From NCBI GenBank assembly GCA_964590575.1, contig CAZPWM010000009.1, positions 1 to 54,693 of the forward strand: a DNA stretch of 54,693 nucleotides, written 5' to 3'. Below are positions 48,461 through 54,693 of this stretch, one piece after another. The first letter of the stretch is position 1. Each line of letters opens with the position of its first letter. Source of the DNA: an uncultured archaeon. GTDB taxonomy: Archaea; Asgardarchaeota; Thorarchaeia; Thorarchaeales; Thorarchaeaceae. A program made the position numbers and the translations under genes. A model generated the notes under the pieces. That model ran no database searches, was not told where the DNA came from, and saw nothing but the letters and a program-made list of their open reading frames with translations.

Positions 48461-50713
48461 ATGGAGAGGAAAAATATTCAACTCGAAGAGCTGGACATCA
48501 ACAAGAGAATTATCAAACATCTTCAAGCGCAAGGAATATTGAAGCTTTTTCCACCTCAAGCCAGTGCTTTCAAAACGGGTGTTCTCAATGGAAAGAACCT
48601 TGTTCTTGCAGTTCCCACCAGCTCAGGCAAAACACTGGTTGCAGAGATATGTATGCTCAAATCAATTCTTGATGGACGTGGTAAGGCACTCTATCTCGTT
48701 CCATTAAAATCGTTAGCTCGTGAGAAGTATACAGAATTTAAAAAATACGAATCATTAGGCATTACAACTTCAATGTCAGTTGGTGACTATGATTCTCCTG
48801 GAAAAAACCTACATGATGCAGATATTGTGATAGTGACAACAGAACGGGCTGACTCATTAGTGCGTCACAAAACTGAATGGATCAATGATGTTGGAATTAT
48901 TATTGCTGATGAAGTACATCTCATTAACGATTCGAAAAGAGGACCTACACTTGAGATGGTATTAGCAAAACTCACTCAAATCGTAAAAGACATTCAAATT
49001 GTAGCACTAAGTGCTACAATCTCAAATGCTAACCAAATTGCTGAATGGCTTGGGGCTGAACTTGTGAAGGACACTTGGAGACCTGTACCACTTAGCGAAG
49101 GTGTCTATTTGGATGGACAAATTAGCTTCTATAAGGATGGAAAAAGCACTCATCGGAGAATCAACAGGACTCGGAGAGATGAATTAGCAGATGTAGTATG
49201 TGATACCCTTGATGAAGATGGCCAAGTTCTTGTTTTTGTATCAAGCCGTCGTTCTACTGTTACGGTTGCTAAGAAAATAGCACCTTTTCTACGTCGATAT
49301 ATCCCGGATGAGGTAATGCGTCAACTCTCCAAAGGAGCTACAAAAATCGGAGCGTTACCATCAGCACCTGAGGCTTCTAAAACACTTGCACGACTGATAG
49401 CAAATGGTATTGCCTTTCATCATGCAGGTCTTGATAACCAAGAACGTGCACTTGTTGAAGACTATTTCAAGGCAGATCTACTGAAGGTGATTGTTGCCAC
49501 ACCGACTCTTGCCGCTGGTGTGAACCTTCCATCTAGACGTGTTATTATTCGCGACTACAGACGTTACGAATCAGATCGAGGTAGTTATCCCATTCCAATT
49601 CTTGAGTATAAACAAATGGCTGGACGAGCTGGTAGACCAAAATATGATGATTACGGAGAAGCCGTACTAATAGCACGAACAGAGCCAGAACATGACTTCC
49701 TTATCGATAACTATACGCTATCGGAGCCTGAAGAAATCACTTCCAAATTAGCTTCACCACAAGCAGTTCGTGTTCATCTATTGGCATCCGTTGCAGCTGA
49801 ATTGACAAGAAATCGCGAAGAGATAGATTCGCTAATTGCTGGAACATTTTTCTCGCATCAATTTGATCAATGGGAAATTAATCAACATGTTTCATCAGCC
49901 CTAGGGTTCCTTGAGGAAGGCAGTCTTATAGAAACAAGCTCAAAGGGAACTTACGCAGCCACACCTCTTGGTAAGAGAACATCTCAGTTATACATCGATC
50001 CTTACACTGCAATTCTATTTCGAGATGTCCTATCTGAAACAGATAGCCATAGCATCCTAGGTATTCTGCATCTAATTTGCCATACCCCAGATCAACCACT
50101 CTCATATGTGACAATATCAGAGGTTGAAGAGTACGAAGTTATAGTAGATGATCATCTCCACGAACTCATGATTGAGCCACCAATTGAAGAGAGTCCTCGT
50201 GCTTACTCAGATTTTCTAGCTCAAATAAAGACAGCAGCATTGCTACAGGATTGGATTTCCGAGAAAACTGAGAAAGACATCACCGAGAGATACAATGTTG
50301 GTATGGGTGATGTCCATAGATTTGTACAGTCTGCAGAATGGTTGACATACACGGCATCAGAGATTTCCAGAATAGTCAATGCGACTAGCCATGTTCCTTT
50401 CCTCCATAATTTGAGGTCAAGACTTCGGTATGGAGTACGTTCAGACATTCTGGAACTTGTTGGTCTTAAAGGAGTTGGACGAGTAAGAGGGAGAATGCTC
50501 CAAAGTCATAATTTAGTCAACCTGTCTGATCTATACAAGGTCCCCATAGAAGAACTAGCAAGAATACCAACTATTGGCACATCAATTGCGGAATCAATTA
50601 AGAAACAGCTGGGCATTAATGTAAAACTAACAACCACTGAAACTGAAGATTTGATTGAAGATGATGACGACATTGACTCAATACAAACTCTGTTGGAAGA
50701 TTTTGGCCCATAA
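48461..50713 (+). CDS. hel308: Hel308/Hjm DEAD-H helicase
   Basis: PTSSGKT, DEVH, SAT, FHHAGL, QMAGRAGRP, HhH. Confidence 0.95.
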   Translation: MERKNIQLEELDINKRIIKHLQAQGILKLFPPQASAFKTGVLNGKNLVLAVPTSSGKTLVAEICMLKSILDGRGKALYLVPLKSLAREKYTEFKKYESLGITTSMSVGDYDSPGKNLHDADIVIVTTERADSLVRHKTEWINDVGIIIADEVHLINDSKRGPTLEMVLAKLTQIVKDIQIVALSATISNANQIAEWLGAELVKDTWRPVPLSEGVYLDGQISFYKDGKSTHRRINRTRRDELADVVCDTLDEDGQVLVFVSSRRSTVTVAKKIAPFLRRYIPDEVMRQLSKGATKIGALPSAPEASKTLARLIANGIAFHHAGLDNQERALVEDYFKADLLKVIVATPTLAAGVNLPSRRVIIRDYRRYESDRGSYPIPILEYKQMAGRAGRPKYDDYGEAVLIARTEPEHDFLIDNYTLSEPEEITSKLASPQAVRVHLLASVAAELTRNREEIDSLIAGTFFSHQFDQWEINQHVSSALGFLEEGSLIETSSKGTYAATPLGKRTSQLYIDPYTAILFRDVLSETDSHSILGILHLICHTPDQPLSYVTISEVEEYEVIVDDHLHELMIEPPIEESPRAYSDFLAQIKTAALLQDWISEKTEKDITERYNVGMGDVHRFVQSAEWLTYTASEISRIVNATSHVPFLHNLRSRLRYGVRSDILELVGLKGVGRVRGRMLQSHNLVNLSDLYKVPIEELARIPTIGTSIAESIKKQLGINVKLTTTETEDLIEDDDDIDSIQTLLEDFGP

Positions 50714-50717
50714 GTGT

Positions 50718-51773
50718 CTATAATAAAGGGGAGTCAGTAACTACCTTCTCAATCAGCTTCTCTGTGTACTGATTCGCGATATCGCTCTCTTCGTATTTAT
50801 CATCGTAAGATGTGACACGCATACCTGCAAGCTCCTGAAGAAGATTCAATGAACACATACCCATGACTTCGAGATTGTACCCTCCTTCAAGAAAGCATAC
50901 AATTCTTCCATCAGCACATGAAGTAGCCATCCTTTTCAGTCTAGAATTCATCATTTTGAAACCTGATGTACTAATCCCCAAATCAGTTAACGGGTCATTG
51001 AAATGTCCATCATAACCAACTGAAACAAGTATGAAATCGGGCTCATATGACTCAGCAATTGGCTCAAGCACGTGTGAAAAGGCAAGATCATATGAAGAAT
51101 CACCAGCTCCTGGATACATTGCCAGATTGACTGTATAACCTTCTCCCTCACCTGTTCCAATCTCATTCGGAAATCCAGATCCCGGGAATAGTGTTCTTCC
51201 ATCCTGATGAAGCCCCACATAAAGCACATCTTTAGAAGAGTAAAAACTACGTTGCGTTCCATTTCCGTGATGTGCATCATAATCAACAATCATTACTCGT
51301 TCAACATCATGTTTTTTCAGAAGGTGCTTGGCTGCTACTGCCACATTATTAATGAAACAAAAACCAAATGCTTTCTCATACTCAGCATGATGTCCTGGAG
51401 GTCTGCACAAAATAAATGCATTTTCAGAATCTCCTTGCATGACTCTATCAACTGCTTCTATTCCCCCACCTGCAGCCAAGAGAGCGGCATCATATGTATA
51501 TTGATTCACAGAGGTGTCCATTGTATAAATGCCGCCACCTTTTTCGGATTTATCTCTCACACCCTCAAGGTACGCTTTTCCATGAAGCAGATACACTTCA
51601 CTCAATGGAGCCTTTTTTGGAGTGAGAAGATTGACCCTTTGATCATCTAACAGACCGGCTGCGCGGATCGAACTCATTGCACTTCTCAACCGTTCTGGAC
51701 TCTCGGGATGGCCAAGCGACATCATATGTTCAACAAAGATGTCGTGGTAAACTAAATCGGTGACCATACTCAA
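50718..51773 (-). CDS. Histone deacetylase-family protein
   Basis: HPESPERL, RPPGHHA, GFC, DAHHGNGTQ, LEGGY. Confidence 0.93.
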   Translation of the reverse strand: MSMVTDLVYHDIFVEHMMSLGHPESPERLRSAMSSIRAAGLLDDQRVNLLTPKKAPLSEVYLLHGKAYLEGVRDKSEKGGGIYTMDTSVNQYTYDAALLAAGGGIEAVDRVMQGDSENAFILCRPPGHHAEYEKAFGFCFINNVAVAAKHLLKKHDVERVMIVDYDAHHGNGTQRSFYSSKDVLYVGLHQDGRTLFPGSGFPNEIGTGEGEGYTVNLAMYPGAGDSSYDLAFSHVLEPIAESYEPDFILVSVGYDGHFNDPLTDLGISTSGFKMMNSRLKRMATSCADGRIVCFLEGGYNLEVMGMCSLNLLQELAGMRVTSYDDKYEESDIANQYTEKLIEKVVTDSPLL

Positions 51774-51858
51774 TATTCTCCCGTTTTAACTATGCTCTAC
51801 ATCACAATAGCGAAGATACAGATAAATCTGAATCTTTATGACAAATCCTTTTCATAAA

Positions 51859-51876
51859 TTAGAACACGTGTTCTAA
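51859..51876. promoter_or_regulatory. 18-bp perfect palindrome TTAGAACACGTGTTCTAA
   Basis: Same core as the origin-proximal cluster; lies between divergent HDAC and tRNA-Pro genes. Confidence 0.6.
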
Positions 51877-51973
51877 ATATCTTCGACAGACGACCAAAGA
51901 GTGGTAATGTTTATCTTCAGTCCAAGTCACGACAACCGCAGTCATGAGAACACTACGAGTCTCATTACAGCTC

Positions 51974-52111
51974 GGGTCGGTAGTCTAGCTTGGTATGATT
52001 CTTGCTTGGGGCGACTGAGGAAATCATGCCTCAAGTCACAGAATGCAAGAGACCGGGAGTTCAAACGACTTGGGATGCCCCCAGTCGGAATACGTCTCCC
52101 CCGGCCCACCA
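51974..52111 (+). tRNA. tRNA-Pro(GGG) with two introns (37/38, 32 nt; 58/59, 29 nt); encoded CCA
   Basis: GGGTCGG/CCGGCCC acceptor; CTTGC/GCAAG arm; introns 52012-52043 and 52065-52093 with BHB-like folds. Confidence 0.9.
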
Positions 52112-52131
52112 TTTCTCTCCAATTAATCTGA

Positions 52132-52692
52132 TTATCCTACCTCCCATAGTGTTTCATAGTTCGGACCTGAGGGGGTCAAGGTACTTTTCATCATCTTAAT
52201 TTTCGTGATAGTCATAGTTCCTATCACCTCATTGGCTAGACTTTCCAAATTGTTTGCCAATCGTTTCGTATCATTGACCTGACGAACCCTAGCTATGGTC
52301 GCATGAGGAGTATATTTTCTCTTCTCGGGTTTATAACCCAGTTCTATCAATGATGAGTCAATTTTATTCTTCAAATTGAGTATCTTAGATGCATTATTGG
52401 TGACCCCAATCCAAACTATTCTGGGATGCAGTTTATTGGGAAATGCTCCGACTCCTGCAACTTCAACTTCGAAGGGATCAATTTTAATTCCTTCAAAACA
52501 CATCTGAATTTGATTCAATTGTGCCAATGGAGTATCTCCAAAGAAGTGCAAGGTAAAATGGATATTCTCTCTCTTGACAATCTTCATCTTGGCTGCAGCT
52601 AGATCTAGCTTTTGCTGTATGTTTTGAATCTGAGATAACAGTGATTGATTTTCAATATTGATACTTAAGAAAGCTCGGACAATATTACTCAC
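52132..52692 (-). CDS. thpR: RNA 2',3'-cyclic phosphodiesterase (2H family)
   Basis: RAFLSI, HFTL and PHATIAR 2H motifs; probable GTG start after GAGGTG. Confidence 0.92.
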   Translation of the reverse strand: MSNIVRAFLSINIENQSLLSQIQNIQQKLDLAAAKMKIVKRENIHFTLHFFGDTPLAQLNQIQMCFEGIKIDPFEVEVAGVGAFPNKLHPRIVWIGVTNNASKILNLKNKIDSSLIELGYKPEKRKYTPHATIARVRQVNDTKRLANNLESLANEVIGTMTITKIKMMKSTLTPSGPNYETLWEVG

Positions 52693-52858
52693 ACTTGACA
52701 CCTCTTCAGGTATCAAAATATGTAAAATCAACAATATTACAATGACGCTTAGATGGTTCAAAGGTAATTCTTAAAGGACAACCACAAGACGAAGATGTAG
52801 TATCATCCATTAATTCAGAGGTGTTTCTTAATTACATCAAATATCAGAGAGGTTTGAG

Positions 52859-53407
52859 GTGGGAAAGATAAAACTAGTAATTGTGACTGGTATGCCAGGC
52901 GCAGGTAAGAGCGGAGTTGCTCAAGCATTTCATGATGTTGGCATTCCTGTAATCGTGATGGGTGATGTGATACGTGAAGAAACCCGAAAACGTGGTCTTA
53001 ATCCAAATCCAGAGAACACCAAGAAAGTCATGCTGGAACTTCGAGAAAGGAGTGGTCCTGGAGCAGTTGCATCATTCTGTGTGGATGAGTTACAAGGACT
53101 TGATTCTGATATCGTTGTTATTGAAGGATGTAGGAGCATCGCTGAAATCGATGTGTTCGATGACTGTGCTGATTCGGTTATAATAGTCTGTGTTCATACT
53201 TCTCCGAAAAAGCGATACGCACGTCTCCGGGAACGCAATCGTGAAGATGCACCTCCAAGCTGGGAAGTGTTCAGAGAACGTGATATACGAGAAATCTCAG
53301 TCGGTCTAGGAGGAGTAATAGCACTAAGTGATATCATGCTAGTAAATGAAGGTACAATCATTGAACTCCAAGAACAGTCCAAGATATTAGTGAAGAGGCT
53401 GACTTGA
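52859..53407 (+). CDS. Archaeal dephospho-CoA kinase (COG0237 family)
   Basis: TGMPGAGKS, MGDVIREE, IEGCRS..E, RD..E..VGLG. Confidence 0.8.
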   Translation: MGKIKLVIVTGMPGAGKSGVAQAFHDVGIPVIVMGDVIREETRKRGLNPNPENTKKVMLELRERSGPGAVASFCVDELQGLDSDIVVIEGCRSIAEIDVFDDCADSVIIVCVHTSPKKRYARLRERNREDAPPSWEVFRERDIREISVGLGGVIALSDIMLVNEGTIIELQEQSKILVKRLT

Positions 53408-53408
53408 G

Positions 53409-53846
53409 ATGGAAATTTTCATCATATGTCCCGTGAACCCAACAGAAGATATCAAAAAGGTCAGAAAAGCTCTTGAGAATCTTCTAGGCAGATCTGATTT
53501 TACTGCTATTACCAATGATGATATTTTAGAGATTTCTACATCATATACAAATCGAGATACAATTAATCTCGTGCGTCAGACCATTCATGAAACAAGGATA
53601 ATTGATGCAGCCCGGAAGCGATTACAGTCAAACTGGAATGGCACATCTACAAAAATCTACTTTGATAAACAGGCAGCTTTTGTTAAAAAACTACGAATAA
53701 TTGATGATAATCTTGAACTACCACCTTTGGGTACTATCGAAATTGTGCTATCTTTTGACTCCGAGCTTGAATTTGAAGAGTTCGTTAACTGGTTTACCCC
53801 TCCCACAAAAGACGGGAAAATCATCAACCGGAAACACCAAGCGTAA
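53409..53846 (+). CDS. UPF0201-family (COG1931) putative RNA-binding protein
   Basis: VNPTED..KV..AL.N, IIDAAR, KQAAF, PPTKDG. Confidence 0.85.
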   Translation: MEIFIICPVNPTEDIKKVRKALENLLGRSDFTAITNDDILEISTSYTNRDTINLVRQTIHETRIIDAARKRLQSNWNGTSTKIYFDKQAAFVKKLRIIDDNLELPPLGTIEIVLSFDSELEFEEFVNWFTPPTKDGKIINRKHQA

Positions 53847-54693
53847 GCAATTCCCTAATCAATCCACTATGAACTCTAATCTGAAGAACTTGGTTCACCA
53901 CAAGTCCCATACTTTCAGCTAAATCTTGAATATTCATCTCACTGCTTCCACAGATACATATACACCCTTTTCGCTGATGGAGGATTGAATCTGCTTTTTC
54001 AAAAAGGGATTTGACAAGATCAATGGCCTGAGCACCTCTAGTTGAACTTGCTCTTCCATAGGGTGGATCGGTCACTATGCAATCACATCCATGAACTGGT
54101 ACACTTCTGATATCTCCTTGAATGACACTATAATCGCTGCCCATTGAAGCCAGATTCCTCTTACTTCCTACTAAAAGTCGCCAATTCAAATCAATACCAA
54201 TCATTCTCGCACCAATAAGAGATGCTTCACATAGAATACCTCCCCCGCCACAAAATGGATCAAGTACAATCTCACCTGGCATGATTCCTGCAAGATTACA
54301 CATCACTCTGGCTAGAGTGGCATTCATCATACTAGGATGGAAGAACGGTTTTTGTCCTGGTTCTCTATCTCTCAGCTTTGGTCTTAGTTTTGAAGCAATA
54401 GATTTGCATACGCGAATATTCTCTTGAGAAAACACAACTAGGATACGCACTTGAGGGTTCTCAAGATCTACTTTTGCACCAACAACCTGCTTGATACGTG
54501 TACCAAGACTAGTTTCAAAATCTAACCGCTCACTCACTGAAAACTTTTCATTCTCTGATATGGTCCTCACAGAGAATGTTTCTTCTGGTCTGATAGTATT
54601 GATCAAAATGTCATCAGATAAGTTACTAAACAAATCATATCGTGCATCAATCTCTGAAAATACAACCCCGGCTTCCTTAACCAAGGCTGCTCT
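53824..54693 (-). CDS. THUMP-domain tRNA m2G10 methyltransferase (Trm11-like), probably 5'-truncated by the window edge
   Basis: PFFHP, MCNLA, LDPFCGGGGIL, TDPPYG, RVHSGL. Confidence 0.88.
   Translation of the reverse strand, partial: RAALVKEAGVVFSEIDARYDLFSNLSDDILINTIRPEETFSVRTISENEKFSVSERLDFETSLGTRIKQVVGAKVDLENPQVRILVVFSQENIRVCKSIASKLRPKLRDREPGQKPFFHPSMMNATLARVMCNLAGIMPGEIVLDPFCGGGGILCEASLIGARMIGIDLNWRLLVGSKRNLASMGSDYSVIQGDIRSVPVHGCDCIVTDPPYGRASSTRGAQAIDLVKSLFEKADSILHQRKGCICICGSSEMNIQDLAESMGLVVNQVLQIRVHSGLIRELLTLGVSG

Noticed and set aside
178-53922. Numerous 60-190 aa ORFs antisense to or overlapping well-supported genes (e.g. 8905-9339, 28567-28962, 44103-44681, 51207-51650)
   Set aside because: Shadow ORFs with no motifs, lying opposite confident housekeeping genes

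Overview
Archaeal chromosomal window; gene content (Rpo8, GINS23, TFE, NAC, PAN, MCM, Hel308, intron-containing tRNAs) suggests an Asgard archaeon, probably Thorarchaeia (inference). It is mostly housekeeping: transcription, translation and proteasome genes, ferredoxin oxidoreductases, hypF, glmS, and a replication cluster cdc6-rfcL-rfcS-gins-mcm-hel308. Region 1.5-22 kb has structure the genes do not explain. (i) ORB (origin recognition box) elements at 17.5/17.65 kb and 21.8 kb indicate a likely replication origin about 20 kb from cdc6. (ii) A TTGTAWTACAA palindrome occurs in most intergenic gaps from 1.5 to 18.1 kb, including gaps between convergent genes, around an AAA+ ATPase/ribbon-helix-helix operon; this is a candidate origin-linked segregation system. 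(iii) A second palindrome, GAACACGTGTTC, brackets the ORBs and a Cas2/VapD-like gene. (iv) An ATTCACA repeat array lies beside a winged-helix gene. (v) A ~185-nt structured ncRNA candidate. Also present: tRNA-Glu with an intron at 10/11, a two-intron tRNA-Pro, an orphan tRNA 5' half, a SufS homologue lacking the PLP lysine, a split LKR/SDH saccharopine pair, and a dispersed set of pilin, VirB4-HerA, TadA and Ig-like genes. All calls come from reading the sequence; no searches were run.
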